Origin: an uncultured archaeon
Lineage (GTDB): Archaea; Asgardarchaeota; Thorarchaeia; Thorarchaeales; Thorarchaeaceae
Length of the DNA: 64,000 nt
Assembly: GCA_964610875.1 (NCBI GenBank)
Contig: CAZSWP010000003.1
Location: 48,113 to 112,112 of the forward strand
Direction: 5' to 3'
Shown here one piece after another: positions 1-10,470 of the stretch. The position numbers were made by a program, and so were the translations under genes. The notes beneath the pieces were generated by a model. It worked only from the letters and a program-made list of their open reading frames with translations, was not told the DNA's origin and ran no database searches. Numbering within the stretch: the stretch's first letter is position 1; each line of letters starts with the position of its first letter.

Positions 1-1118
1 TAAGACAAACCTGATAATGCCATTAAACGATCGATAATAAGCTGTACTTCATTACTTCCAATACGCGCGCGCGCGTCAGCCTCTACAATTGGAGCAGGAA
101 GACCATATTCAGAGTGTTGGCTTGAGAGAGGAAGTATTGCGGCTAATGTTCTATCAAGTAATTTAATGGTGCTGTCATTATCGTCCTTGGATAGTATTTC
201 TACGCGGAGTGGTAAATCGTCACTTGCAGTTCTTATATAGCTCACCCATATTGATCGAGCCCATTCAAAAATATCTGACTGCAGGGAATTGGTGTTTTGT
301 ACAAGTTCTGATGAGTATCGAAAAGCAAATGTTCTTTCGCCCTCTCTCAAGAATGTATCAAGAATATCAGAATCTCGCGAGATTTTCAATAACCATCGAT
401 AATCAATGCCTTGCATTTGCTCGAAAAGTGCAGGTTGCTTTAGAATATGTGGAAGAATATCACCTAAGATGTTTGTAATTCTAGTTGAACGACTATCTTT
501 CACAATTCCAATAAGTGCGGTATTTTTCTTGGTCGCTTTGATGTACAGCTGTTTGTATAATGCAAGTGCTTCTTGAAATTTTTCATATGAGGGGGATCCT
601 TGTTGAGGGCGATCTCTTGGATGATAGAATAGACTTCCATCAATTAGAAGAATATCTGAATGGTATTCATCTAAAGCAGAAATTGCCACTCTTAGTTCTT
701 CAGCAACTCGTTCCAAAGATGCAAGCTGATCCAATTCGGGTCCGGATAGTGTTACCATTGACGGGTGTATGGAAGGTTCTGGAAACGGGTCGGGGAAAAA
801 ATTCACTATTGGACCTTCTTCAGGTCCGAATTGAAAATGTACTGCAATACCTCTTGAGAAGACCAAGTCGATTGATTGAAACCTTCGTCTTACGAGACCG
901 CCATCAACTCCGGTTATTTGAAGACCAGAAAGACTCGTAGGTCTTATGAGGGTGGTGAACTTGTCTTCCAAAATGGTATTTGCTATTGCTGGGAATCGCT
1001 TTAAATCAACTTCTTGCTTGATTTTGGTCATTGCCTTTCCAAAACGGTTTCTAGTGTCCTCAACGCGTGCTAACTCCTCAACAAGGATTGATAGTACACT
1101 GTCAAGGTTTTTCGCCAA
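1..1118 (-). CDS. nurA: NurA 5'-3' nuclease (runs off the window start)
   Basis: Not in the ORF track. Hand translation from TTG at 1118 gives LAKNLDSV...ITGVDGG...LLIDGSL...IGIVKDSRS...YGLPAPIVEADARARI, which are NurA motifs. It starts 1 bp after the pyrG stop. Confidence 0.85.
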   Translation of the reverse strand, partial: MAKNLDSVLSILVEELARVEDTRNRFGKAMTKIKQEVDLKRFPAIANTILEDKFTTLIRPTSLSGLQITGVDGGLVRRRFQSIDLVFSRGIAVHFQFGPEEGPIVNFFPDPFPEPSIHPSMVTLSGPELDQLASLERVAEELRVAISALDEYHSDILLIDGSLFYHPRDRPQQGSPSYEKFQEALALYKQLYIKATKKNTALIGIVKDSRSTRITNILGDILPHILKQPALFEQMQGIDYRWLLKISRDSDILDTFLREGERTFAFRYSSELVQNTNSLQSDIFEWARSIWVSYIRTASDDLPLRVEILSKDDNDSTIKLLDRTLAAILPLSSQHSEYGLPAPIVEADARARIGSNEVQLIIDRLMALSGLS

Positions 1119-1119
1119 C

Positions 1120-2802
1120 TTATTTTTCCCTCTTCGTTCTATAGTCAAGTGCAGCCTTAATAAGCCCCAAATACAATGGATGTGGAGAACCAGGTTGTGA
1201 TTTGAACTCTGGATGAAATTGCACACCAATCCAAAAGGGATGCTCGACTAATTCTACTGCATTAATAATAATACCAGTTTCATCGTATGCTGAAACAACA
1301 AGTCCTTTTTCAGCCATTCTATTCAGATAACGTTCGATGAGATGGTATCTATGTCGGAACCGTTCACGGGCTTTGGTGCATCCATATATCTGTTTTAGTT
1401 TTGTTCCTTCAACTAGTACTACTGAATGTCCGCCTAAGCGCATGGTTCCCCCCTTGTCTTCAGTTGTTTTTTGTTCATCCATCAGGCCAACAACAGGGTA
1501 TAGACTATCTGGGTCTACTTCTGTGGTATGTGCACCGGACCATCCCATCTTTTGTCTGGCAAAGGCTACCGTCCCAAGCTGTGCACCATAACATATACCA
1601 AGGAATGGTAGTTCTGTCTGCAAACAGACACTAGCAGCATTAATCATTCCTTCCACACCCCGACCTCCAAATCCTGGAGTTAGGAGAACACCATCAACTT
1701 CAGCTAAATCCTCACGAAGACATTCTTCGTCACAGCGTTCTTCGGTTTCAATCCACTTGATTTTTACTGCTGCACCACATGCTGCAGCAGCATGTGCAAG
1801 AGCCTCGTTTATACTCTTATAGGAGTCACTGAGTGTAGTATATTTGCCAGGCATTGCAATGTAGACCGTCTGATTTGTAGTTTGAAATGATTCTACAATC
1901 TGCCGCCATTTCTCGGTCATTGGTTGTTTTTGTTGTAAACCAAGATGCTCGACCACGGTTTCTCCTAGTCCTTGGTGTTCAAATGATAGGGGAAGTTCAT
2001 AGATAATAGGTATATCAGGATTGGAAATTACATGTTTTTCAGGGATGTTGCAAAACAATGCGATCTTGCTTCGAGCAGATTCACTCAGTTCTTCTTCGGC
2101 TCTGCAAATTATAATATCTGGCTGTAGACCAAGTCCTTGTAATGTTTTAACGCTATGTTGAGTTGGTTTGGTCTTAAACTCGCCAACTGATGACATGTAT
2201 GGAACCAGTGTGACGTGAACAAAAGCAGTATTTCGTCTTCCTACTTCCAAAGCAAGCTGACGAACAGCCTCTAGAAATGGCATTGCTTCAATATCACCAA
2301 CCGTCCCACCAATTTCGACAAGAAGTACATCAGGAACTGGTTCTTGTCGTATATTTTCCCAAATGCGTTTCTTGATTCGGTTCGTTACATGAGGAATTAT
2401 CTGAACAGTTCTTCCAAGAAAACTCCCCTTTCGTTCACCAAGAATTACGCTTATGTATATTTGACCAGATGTGATATTCTGTGATGGATGTACTTCAATA
2501 CCTGTAAATCTTTCATATGTGCCAAAATCTAAATCAATCTCGGATATTTTAAGTTCCATATCATCAACTGGTTGGAACGTCCAAGTTTGGTCAGTGACAA
2601 AAACTTCTCCATGTTCTACAGGGTTTAGTGTACCAGGATCAATATTCAAATACGGATCTATTTTTACAATTCTGATATTATATTCTCGGAATTGAAGTAG
2701 TTTTGCTATTGATGCGGTTGTTACGCCTTTTCCAATGCCGGAAAGCACGCCTCCAGTTACAAAGACAAATCGTGTTTGTTCACTCTCATCCATGATTTTC
2801 AT
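1120..2802 (-). CDS. pyrG: CTP synthase
   Basis: FVTGGVLSGIGKG, KIDPYLNIDPGT, GGTVGDIE, glutaminase GICYG and QFHPEF motifs. Confidence 0.98.
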   Translation of the reverse strand: MKIMDESEQTRFVFVTGGVLSGIGKGVTTASIAKLLQFREYNIRIVKIDPYLNIDPGTLNPVEHGEVFVTDQTWTFQPVDDMELKISEIDLDFGTYERFTGIEVHPSQNITSGQIYISVILGERKGSFLGRTVQIIPHVTNRIKKRIWENIRQEPVPDVLLVEIGGTVGDIEAMPFLEAVRQLALEVGRRNTAFVHVTLVPYMSSVGEFKTKPTQHSVKTLQGLGLQPDIIICRAEEELSESARSKIALFCNIPEKHVISNPDIPIIYELPLSFEHQGLGETVVEHLGLQQKQPMTEKWRQIVESFQTTNQTVYIAMPGKYTTLSDSYKSINEALAHAAAACGAAVKIKWIETEERCDEECLREDLAEVDGVLLTPGFGGRGVEGMINAASVCLQTELPFLGICYGAQLGTVAFARQKMGWSGAHTTEVDPDSLYPVVGLMDEQKTTEDKGGTMRLGGHSVVLVEGTKLKQIYGCTKARERFRHRYHLIERYLNRMAEKGLVVSAYDETGIIINAVELVEHPFWIGVQFHPEFKSQPGSPHPLYLGLIKAALDYRTKREK

Positions 2803-2891
2803 TCAACCTCATCCGCGTTGCTAATGTTCACAACTGAATGGTCGATTGAGGCATGGATTAGCATAAAGGAATTCCTGTCATCTTTGATAGT

Positions 2892-3473
2892 CTAGGGGAC
2901 AATTCCAGAAAGAACACTTGCTCTCATCGCATTTTGAAATAGCAATTGGAATGCTTCCATTATGTTATGACCATTCATCGCAATACTATGGAGAACAGGT
3001 ACAGAAGATGGGACATTGAGATGCTTCCTCAGTCTTTCTTCATCTACTGCGGTTGGAAGATCTTGTTTGTTAAGACATATTACAACCGGTAAAGGTCGTT
3101 CTTCTTCTGATAACAAATCAACAAGTTCTCGCCAGCTCGCTAAATTCTCATCAAGCAAGTGCTCTTGTGAGTCTGCGATAAATACGATGCCATCACACCC
3201 TACAAGAACAACCTCACGTGTAGAACGATAGAAGTCTTGTCCAGTGGCAGACCAGATGTGTGTGTTAATCGTCCAGTTATCACCAAGACTGAACGGAATT
3301 GTCCCGAAATCACAGAACATTGTTCGACCGACCGTATTCTCAATTGATGTGAGATCATCAGCACATTCAAAGGTTGAGAACAACCATCTTATTGAGGTTG
3401 TTTTGCCACTCATTGCAGGTCCAAAGAAAACTATCTTCAGTCCAATTGTACGTGTACTATAGTCAATTATCAA
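2892..3473 (-). CDS. small GTPase, MglA/Rag-like
   Basis: KIVFFGPAMSGKTT (G1), GRTMFCDF (G2), ATGQDFY (G3), NKQD (G4). Confidence 0.9.
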   Translation of the reverse strand: MIIDYSTRTIGLKIVFFGPAMSGKTTSIRWLFSTFECADDLTSIENTVGRTMFCDFGTIPFSLGDNWTINTHIWSATGQDFYRSTREVVLVGCDGIVFIADSQEHLLDENLASWRELVDLLSEEERPLPVVICLNKQDLPTAVDEERLRKHLNVPSSVPVLHSIAMNGHNIMEAFQLLFQNAMRASVLSGIVP

Positions 3474-3484
3474 CTAAAATCCTC

Positions 3485-4411
3485 CTAACTGCCCCACATG
3501 CTATCAACCCAAGCACCAAGACCAGACAGCGTGCCCAATTTAACACAGTCTGAAAAATCCTCATGCCATTCAGCTTGTATGAATCGTATTAGACACATTA
3601 AATCACCGTTGTCCCATCCAATTGCTTCAAACAGATTTCGTTCTGTTAACACTGTAGAAGCTCCAAGTTCTCGCGCCAATCGAATTCTTGAGAGAAGTGT
3701 CACTGCCCTTCGTGCCGCATAAACGAAATTGTTAATTTCCTCTTCGAACATATCCTGTGTTAATTTCTCAGATTCGTCATCTAATTTCAAAACAGCCGTC
3801 ATCAGACCATCAGGAATATCCATTCCCCTCAGTGATTTGCTTAGAAGCCTTCTAATTCGTTCAAGTGATTGTTTTTGTCTTGTGAGTATTTTATCCACTA
3901 TTCGTTTCTCAGTTTCTAAGCTACCAGTAAAGTTTCCTACAAGTTCAAAATTGAAGTTTGAAGGAGATTCGATATTTAAAATACCACATGCCATGGATTT
4001 TCTTAAAATACGGGCTCTTACTTCTTCTAAATCATCAGTTTCTACATTTAGAGAATATCCTAGTGCTCCGACCCCAAGTGGAACACCGATGATCCAACAA
4101 TCAAATTTACGAATGCGTTCAAGTGCAAGTTTTAAGTTTGGGGAAAGGCTACATGCTATAGTTCGACTAACTTCATAATCATGCCTTTCTTCTTCTGATA
4201 CGGACATTATTTCTTCCTCAGAAGTAAAATCACGCCAGAACACTAACTTGTGTCTATGTGGTGCCAACAATGTAAGACTCTCAACAAGGTCATCTATAAG
4301 TTCACTATCTCTTCCTGATACTATAATGGGTATACGATTAAGAATCGAATTCAATAGCAAGGGGAATTGTTCAGGCATTTGGTCAATCATTCTCAGTACG
4401 GAATATGTCAT
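3485..4411 (-). CDS. hypothetical protein, probable DENN/folliculin C-terminal-like domain
   Basis: N-terminal FPLLLNSILNRIPIIVSGRDSELIDDLVESLTLLAP resembles the core DENN pattern. It overlaps the upstream roadblock gene by 4 bp. Confidence 0.55.
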   Translation of the reverse strand: MTYSVLRMIDQMPEQFPLLLNSILNRIPIIVSGRDSELIDDLVESLTLLAPHRHKLVFWRDFTSEEEIMSVSEEERHDYEVSRTIACSLSPNLKLALERIRKFDCWIIGVPLGVGALGYSLNVETDDLEEVRARILRKSMACGILNIESPSNFNFELVGNFTGSLETEKRIVDKILTRQKQSLERIRRLLSKSLRGMDIPDGLMTAVLKLDDESEKLTQDMFEEEINNFVYAARRAVTLLSRIRLARELGASTVLTERNLFEAIGWDNGDLMCLIRFIQAEWHEDFSDCVKLGTLSGLGAWVDSMWGS

Positions 4412-5352
4412 GCTTCTTTCCTCGCAACTAGTAAATCTTTGGAACTCTCGGATAGTATCAGATCACGCAAATCTTTAGGAACAGCTGGACGAGTCACCGT
4501 CGCAGAACCAAGTATCCTACTTGTTTCAGATATGTAATGTTTAAGCAGTAGCCGCATCAGACCCAATTTTTGACTATCACGGTGTACCCATAGGCTGAAC
4601 ACACCGTTTGGAACTGAATAAATGAAATGACGCTTTCGCTCAGTTTCACATAGCACGGTTTGTAAAGAGCTGTTTCTTAAAGTGCGTACTACTCTCTCTG
4701 ACGCATCATGAAGTGCAAATGACATTGCTGCTAATCTGTCACTTGTAAATCCTTCAAGAGATATCCTTACACCACCACTGAGAGAAAGAAAGACTGATTC
4801 AATATTTGGGATGCTATCATGTACTTGTCGTAGGATTCTGCGCAGTGATAGTGATAATGATCGGTCGAGGGATATCATAGATCGCTTTGTTGAGTATGAT
4901 GGACCATTACCCTCTGCAACTGCAAATCCACTCAATACGGCCTTTGCTTCATCTACGGAATATGATCGAAGTGGAGGTAACCGACCATCAGCACGTTGAC
5001 TCAAATGGTAAGATATCTGTGACATGCTATCCTTCATTTCAATAAATAGTGCTGCAAGATTGACACGTGGTGCTGTAGTTATTGTCAAGAAATATTCGCT
5101 ATTATCGGGTAGAGAAGCAAGACAGACTTTCGATGTTTCCGATTCCATAAGTAAATACTTGAAATTTCCATGAATTAAGCGTGCTACACCGAATATTGCG
5201 CATGTCGAGCTTGCAACTGCGAATACTTCTTCCTTACTAAACCATACACCGGCACTTGCTACTGGAAGTCCATCTTTCTGGATTAATACTACATTCTCGA
5301 CACCGGTAATCATTTTGATGTTCTGCAGAGATTCTGCTAAATCGTCATTCAA
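4408..5352 (-). CDS. tandem Roadblock/LC7 (MglB-like) domain protein
   Basis: Two repeats: GVENVVLIQKDGLPVAS...VNLAALF and NIESVFLSLSGGVRIS...KLGLMRL. Confidence 0.8.
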   Translation of the reverse strand: MNDDLAESLQNIKMITGVENVVLIQKDGLPVASAGVWFSKEEVFAVASSTCAIFGVARLIHGNFKYLLMESETSKVCLASLPDNSEYFLTITTAPRVNLAALFIEMKDSMSQISYHLSQRADGRLPPLRSYSVDEAKAVLSGFAVAEGNGPSYSTKRSMISLDRSLSLSLRRILRQVHDSIPNIESVFLSLSGGVRISLEGFTSDRLAAMSFALHDASERVVRTLRNSSLQTVLCETERKRHFIYSVPNGVFSLWVHRDSQKLGLMRLLLKHYISETSRILGSATVTRPAVPKDLRDLILSESSKDLLVARKEA

Positions 5353-5445
5353 CTTTGCAGCTCCGGACCCAATTATAGGTCCAATGATAGATTCCTAGTT
5401 ATGCTATATAACCACCACAAATCTTCCATTTCATCAACAAATTCA

Positions 5446-6741
5446 TCACATATGGATTAGTGCGGCACTTGGTACTTCGCTGAAAATCTCCCGTGCAGCT
5501 CTTCCTACTTTAACTCTATGGATTTCAAAAGTATAGACACGGATAACATCAAGATAGACCTTCATCATTTGTGCAATATTAGAGTATTCTGAGAGATTGT
5601 GTGGAATTTTTTTGCGCTCGATTATCTCAAATATTCTAATTTCCATTGGGTCAATCTGATGAGGGTTGTATGGTACTGATGGTAATGTGGGAACATCAAC
5701 GATGACCTCATGAGATGGAACATCAGCTATCTCAGCAATTTCATCTTGGATACTTTCACGGACGCGTCTTTTTGTCAATATTTTAGAAACAAAACGATCT
5801 TCGGTATGTAATACTTTTTCAAAAGCCGATTTGTATAGAATTCTAGAGTCAAGCATCTTCATTATTTCTGACGCAACAGAAGCATTTTCGGATTCATTGG
5901 GATTCATTCTTCTAATCCGAGAAACTAATGACATGTCATCAAGTTCCAAGAATTCGTCAGGTGTTTTGAAATCTGTAAAATTCAGCACCTTGTCTGCAGC
6001 ACTTATGAGCTTGATTAACATGACTTCAACACTTCGTACCGTTTTATGATAATACACATTCAGAAACATTTCATATCTAGCAACCAGAAATGATTCCAAA
6101 GCTCCGCGGGCTGCAATATCGAATTGTATTTCATACTCGTCTGTTACATGGATGCTATCAATCAGACGATTGATATCAATAAGACCGTAGTTCACACCAC
6201 AATAGAATGAATCGCGAATGAGATAGTCCATTTTGTCAGCATCTATCTGTCCTGCGGCAGCTGCACTTATTACACGATCTTCACCTGTCTTCCCTCTTCC
6301 CCGAACCAAGTCTGCAATACGTGTTTTATCAATCCCCTCTTTCTCAATAAAATCACCAATCTCGCTTTTCAGAATAATCCATTCTGTGACATCTTCATGG
6401 TTACAATCCCGGCGTTCAATCAGTGGTTCTTCAAACACATGACTAAAGGGACCGTGTCCCATATCATGTAATAGGCCCGCCAAGCGAATTTCTTGAATGG
6501 TTGATTGATTGAGGCCTAATTCATTTACAATTCGCGTTCCCAGTTGACCAGCTAAATGCATTGCACCGATACAATGACCAAAGCGAGTGTGTTCAGCTGT
6601 AGGGTAGACATAATGAGCGCCAGATAGTTGTTTAACTCGGCGAAGCCTCTGATAGGGTTCCGAATCAATAATTTTTTTCTCTAGAGAAGTGACTCCGATA
6701 AAGCCATGAACGGGATCATTGATTTCAATTTCAAAATCCAT
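5446..6741 (-). CDS. HD-domain phosphohydrolase (SAMHD1/dNTPase-like)
   Basis: INDPVHG, QRLRRVKQL, HTRFGH, LLHDMGHGPFSH, DADKMDYLIRDS. Start moved to ATG 6741. Confidence 0.9.
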   Translation of the reverse strand: MDFEIEINDPVHGFIGVTSLEKKIIDSEPYQRLRRVKQLSGAHYVYPTAEHTRFGHCIGAMHLAGQLGTRIVNELGLNQSTIQEIRLAGLLHDMGHGPFSHVFEEPLIERRDCNHEDVTEWIILKSEIGDFIEKEGIDKTRIADLVRGRGKTGEDRVISAAAAGQIDADKMDYLIRDSFYCGVNYGLIDINRLIDSIHVTDEYEIQFDIAARGALESFLVARYEMFLNVYYHKTVRSVEVMLIKLISAADKVLNFTDFKTPDEFLELDDMSLVSRIRRMNPNESENASVASEIMKMLDSRILYKSAFEKVLHTEDRFVSKILTKRRVRESIQDEIAEIADVPSHEVIVDVPTLPSVPYNPHQIDPMEIRIFEIIERKKIPHNLSEYSNIAQMMKVYLDVIRVYTFEIHRVKVGRAAREIFSEVPSAALIHM

Positions 6742-6757
6742 CTCTCTAACCTTCTTA

Positions 6758-7501
6758 TCATTTTTGAATTTCAAAAAATCGTAATTCCTTGACCAGCTCT
6801 TCAGGGGAGGGGATTTCAGAAACACATAATGGAAGATGAATGCTATCAGCGATTTTTACAGCTAAAGGGTCCAGTTCTTTTACACCCTGTAGTATTACCG
6901 CAGCGGGTTTTACAGCCATTGAAGTCCCAATTTGACTTGCCTTTATGGCAACCATAGGAGAACGGCCCGTAGATACGTTTGTCAAAATTGCTAATCGTTG
7001 TGTTGTTCCACCATACAACCGAAGGAGTTGTTGAGGTGTCATTGTAACGATAGCTTTGACGCTATCAAGTGCTGTATAGCCATATATATCCCGATCGAGT
7101 AGACTTTTGTGCGTGAGGACATTGCATTTTAGTTTTTCAACAAGAATATTTGCAGGAATGGGTACGCCGAAATCTCTACTATCTAGAATTGCATCTGAGG
7201 CTATTTCGGGTGTTATTAATTTTTCAAGCGCCATAGCAATTCTTCCACCATTCACAGCATCCATATCAATTAGACCTTCAACAAACCTTCGAATGGTTTC
7301 AACCCTTGGTGATTTTCTACGACCACTCTCATAGTCACTTATTACAGAAGGAGATACGTCTAAATGCTTAGCAAGATGTTTTTGAGAGATTTGAAATCTC
7401 TCTCTCCAACGTCTCATAACTGCACCAGGATCATTTTCTGCAAGGCATATTTCACCAGCCATAGCTTCGGCCAGTCGCTGTAATGACTCACTGTGGTCCA
7501 T
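6758..7501 (-). CDS. XRE-type HTH transcriptional regulator (archaeal COG1709-like)
   Basis: AGEICLAENDPGAVMRRWRE...SPSVISDYESGRRKSP and C-terminal VSTGRSPMVAIK. Start moved to ATG 7501. Confidence 0.8.
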   Translation of the reverse strand: MDHSESLQRLAEAMAGEICLAENDPGAVMRRWRERFQISQKHLAKHLDVSPSVISDYESGRRKSPRVETIRRFVEGLIDMDAVNGGRIAMALEKLITPEIASDAILDSRDFGVPIPANILVEKLKCNVLTHKSLLDRDIYGYTALDSVKAIVTMTPQQLLRLYGGTTQRLAILTNVSTGRSPMVAIKASQIGTSMAVKPAAVILQGVKELDPLAVKIADSIHLPLCVSEIPSPEELVKELRFFEIQK

Positions 7502-7649
7502 GATATATTCGACTATATTCGATGTAGATAAGATTTGTTGCAAGAGTGACGCATATGAACGTCAGGTGTCGAAGATAGTAAGAATAAAGAATCTCATTAT
7601 GACCTCACCGAAGAACTCAAAGACAGTTTTATAGAACTTTTTCTCGGTT

Positions 7650-8420
7650 ATGCTCATGTATTTTATGTTTATAGTAGGCACTGCAGGGTCTGGAAAATCG
7701 CTTCTAACTGCATCCCTTGAAAAATGGTTACAGAGTATTGAAACGTCAATTGCAATTGTAAATCTAGACCCAGGAGTAGAATCACCCCCATATACTTCGG
7801 ACGTTGATATTCGAGAACATGTGGACTATGGAGAAGTGATGCAACAATTTGGGCTTGGTCCAAATGGAGCACTCGTTGCTTCATTAGATATGAGTATTAG
7901 TCGAGTAGAGGATATGAGAGAAGAGATAGAAGAGCTTGATACGGATTATGTCATTGTTGATTGCCCAGGTCAGATGGAGTTGTTTGCGTACAGAAACTCC
8001 GGACCACTATTGGTTTCTAGTTTGATGGGAAATGAGAATGGATTGTCAATGTATCTGCTGGATGCGAATATTGCTCGGACTCCGAGTGGCTATCTTTCAT
8101 CTATGTTGTTAGGTATGTCAATTGCAATTCGTTTTGGACTTCCACAATTAAATCTTCTAAGTAAAGCGGATATTCTAAACCAAGATGATGTTGATTGTAT
8201 AGTTGAGTGGTCAACTAATCCTTTTATTCTGGAAGATGCACTGGATGCTCATTCCATGGGATTAGTCCGAGAGTATTCACTCTCAATATTGAGAATGCTT
8301 AATGATATAGGTGGAGGTCCTTCAGTGATTCCTGTATCAGGAAAACAAGTCACAGGTTTTGAAACACTGTATGGTGAATTTCAACGGGTTTTTCTAGGTG
8401 GGGATAACATTTACGAGTGA
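7650..8420 (+). CDS. GPN-loop GTPase
   Basis: GTAGSGKS, VNLDP, GLGPNG, DCPGQMELF. Confidence 0.93.
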   Translation: MLMYFMFIVGTAGSGKSLLTASLEKWLQSIETSIAIVNLDPGVESPPYTSDVDIREHVDYGEVMQQFGLGPNGALVASLDMSISRVEDMREEIEELDTDYVIVDCPGQMELFAYRNSGPLLVSSLMGNENGLSMYLLDANIARTPSGYLSSMLLGMSIAIRFGLPQLNLLSKADILNQDDVDCIVEWSTNPFILEDALDAHSMGLVREYSLSILRMLNDIGGGPSVIPVSGKQVTGFETLYGEFQRVFLGGDNIYE

Positions 8421-9452
8421 GTGGGGATTTTGGCTCTAATCCATTTGGTAGTTTCAGGTGAGAGCTTAGCACTAGCTAAGGCAGAAATTGAAGAGCTTCT
8501 AAAAATTAAAGGGATTGCTACCGAATTTCATTGGTATGACAAAGATGTCCTATTTCACGCTGAAAAAGAAGTGCAAGAATTCCTGTTAAAGCGTGCTGCA
8601 CTTGTGAAAGAGGTAGGAATAATAGTTGGAGAACTACAAGAGAATAATGATAGGGCATTTGTCTTTGATATTGAATTAGCGCATTCAATTACCCGACACG
8701 CTAGATTCCGTATTGATGTTAGAGAGGTGAGTAAGAGAATAGAACTCAATGAAAAGATGTTACTGATAAGAAACCTAGCTGAACTGATGAAGGCAGAAAC
8801 AGGAGCATCTGTATCCCTTGATAATCCCGATATTGTCGTGAATCTCTTAGTATTTCAAGACAAAATGCTGATATCACTGACAAAACACTCTATATTACGA
8901 TTGAAACTAAGAGAGAGAAATCCTGGGTCTAAGCCATTCTTTCATCCAAGTATGATGAATTCGCAACTTGCCAGAGTAATGTGTAATCTTGCAGGTGTGG
9001 CAAACAGGTCATTGGTAATGGATCCATTTTGTGGTGGTGGTGGAATTCTATGTGAAGCCGCTCTTATAGGTGCGAGTGTGGTAGGTGTTGAATTGAATTG
9101 GCATCTTATAGAAGGCGCTAGAAAAAACCTTCGAGATATTAATGCTGATTATACTTTGATTCAAGGAAATGCACGAAGCATACCTATAACAGAATGTACT
9201 ACAATAGTTACAGATCCACCTTATGGGAGAACAAGTTCAACTCGCGGATTCGAAACAATCGAGCTAATAGAAACTGTGTTAGGTAATATTAGTGATACAA
9301 TGGAAATTAATGGGAAAGTATGTATGTGTGGCAGTACTGATATGATGATAGGTGACTTGATACAGACAGTAGGACTCAAGTTAGAGAGAGAACTCTTGTT
9401 GCGTGTTCATAGTGGGCTAACAAGACAGATTGTTATTGCTAAATTCAGCTGA
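8421..9452 (+). CDS. trm11: tRNA (guanine10-N2) methyltransferase, THUMP + MTase
   Basis: PFFHPSMM, DPFCGGGGIL, TDPPYGR. Confidence 0.8.
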   Translation: MGILALIHLVVSGESLALAKAEIEELLKIKGIATEFHWYDKDVLFHAEKEVQEFLLKRAALVKEVGIIVGELQENNDRAFVFDIELAHSITRHARFRIDVREVSKRIELNEKMLLIRNLAELMKAETGASVSLDNPDIVVNLLVFQDKMLISLTKHSILRLKLRERNPGSKPFFHPSMMNSQLARVMCNLAGVANRSLVMDPFCGGGGILCEAALIGASVVGVELNWHLIEGARKNLRDINADYTLIQGNARSIPITECTTIVTDPPYGRTSSTRGFETIELIETVLGNISDTMEINGKVCMCGSTDMMIGDLIQTVGLKLERELLLRVHSGLTRQIVIAKFS

Positions 9453-9870
9453 ATATAATACGACCATCCTCTGTTGGTGGAACAAACCAATTTAGAAAAG
9501 CATCTAGTGCATCACTAGATTTCATGCTAATCTCAATTTTGATGCTACCTAAGGGAGGTTCGCCATTTTGTGAATCTATCAATCGCAATCTATTGACATA
9601 AGCAGCCTGTTTGTCAACAGAAAATGATGTCCCTCTAGAACTCCTGTTGGATTCAATTATTCTCCTGAATACATCAATGACTCTGTTATCATGAATGTGT
9701 TGTCTGAGATGAAAAAGAAACTCTCTCTCATCGCCAACAAAAGTTATTGACAAACCGTTTTCATCCTCTTCAATGTGAGATGATACATCTGGATGAAGAA
9801 ATGCCAATGCATCAATAACTCGATTTCTATCATCGGTTGGTTGAATAGGGCAACTTATCTTTACAGGCAA
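9445..9870 (-). CDS. UPF0201/COG1931-like putative RNA-binding protein
   Basis: ISCPIQPTDD...KQAAY...PLGSIKI pattern. Usual neighbour of UPF0200. Confidence 0.65.
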   Translation of the reverse strand: MPVKISCPIQPTDDRNRVIDALAFLHPDVSSHIEEDENGLSITFVGDEREFLFHLRQHIHDNRVIDVFRRIIESNRSSRGTSFSVDKQAAYVNRLRLIDSQNGEPPLGSIKIEISMKSSDALDAFLNWFVPPTEDGRIIFS

Positions 9871-10410
9871 TTATGTGAAACTCCTAACAAGTTTGTCAAT
9901 TGATTTTCTAAAATCATCAAGAGAACTCTCATTTATCAGCATAATATCACTTAGCGCAATCACTCCTCCAAGCCCAACTGAAATCTCTCTGAGATCGCGT
10001 TCTTTAAAGGAATTCCATTTATCAGGAGCATCATCTCGATTCCTCTTCTGTAATCTTGTAAACCGTGTTTTTGGTGATGCATGTACAGCTACAAGAGTGA
10101 GCTCTTCTGCATAATCATCAAACACATCAATTTCAAAGATACTTCTACACCCTTCAATAACTACGATTTCACTTTCAATTTTCTCTAATTCAGGAACGCA
10201 TCTCAATGCAATTGCACCTAGACCGTTTTTATCTCTCAAATCAAGCATCACTATTCGGGTATTTTCTCTATTAGGTTCGAGACCTCTATTCAATGCATCT
10301 TTTCTTACAACATCACCCATGACCAATACAGGAAATTGAGCATCTTTGAAGGCATCTGAGATCTCACTTTTCCCAGCACCTGGCATACCTGTGATGACGA
10401 TTAGTTTCAT
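9871..10410 (-). CDS. dephospho-CoA kinase-like P-loop kinase (UPF0200)
   Basis: ITGMPGAGKS, MGDVVR, RLQKRNRDD, ERDLREISVG. Confidence 0.8.
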   Translation of the reverse strand: MKLIVITGMPGAGKSEISDAFKDAQFPVLVMGDVVRKDALNRGLEPNRENTRIVMLDLRDKNGLGAIALRCVPELEKIESEIVVIEGCRSIFEIDVFDDYAEELTLVAVHASPKTRFTRLQKRNRDDAPDKWNSFKERDLREISVGLGGVIALSDIMLINESSLDDFRKSIDKLVRSFT

Positions 10411-10470
10411 GTTAATCCAACCTATGATTCAATAAGGTGTCAATATAACTTGAGGTTATCTGATAGCCTA

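Noticed and set aside
63-76. (CG)6 run / palindrome ACGCGCGCGCGCGT
   Set aside because: Encodes ARAR within nurA; single occurrence with no sign of a separate function.
209-1200. Three + strand ORFs (89, 126 and 84 aa)
   Set aside because: Antisense shadows of nurA and pyrG.
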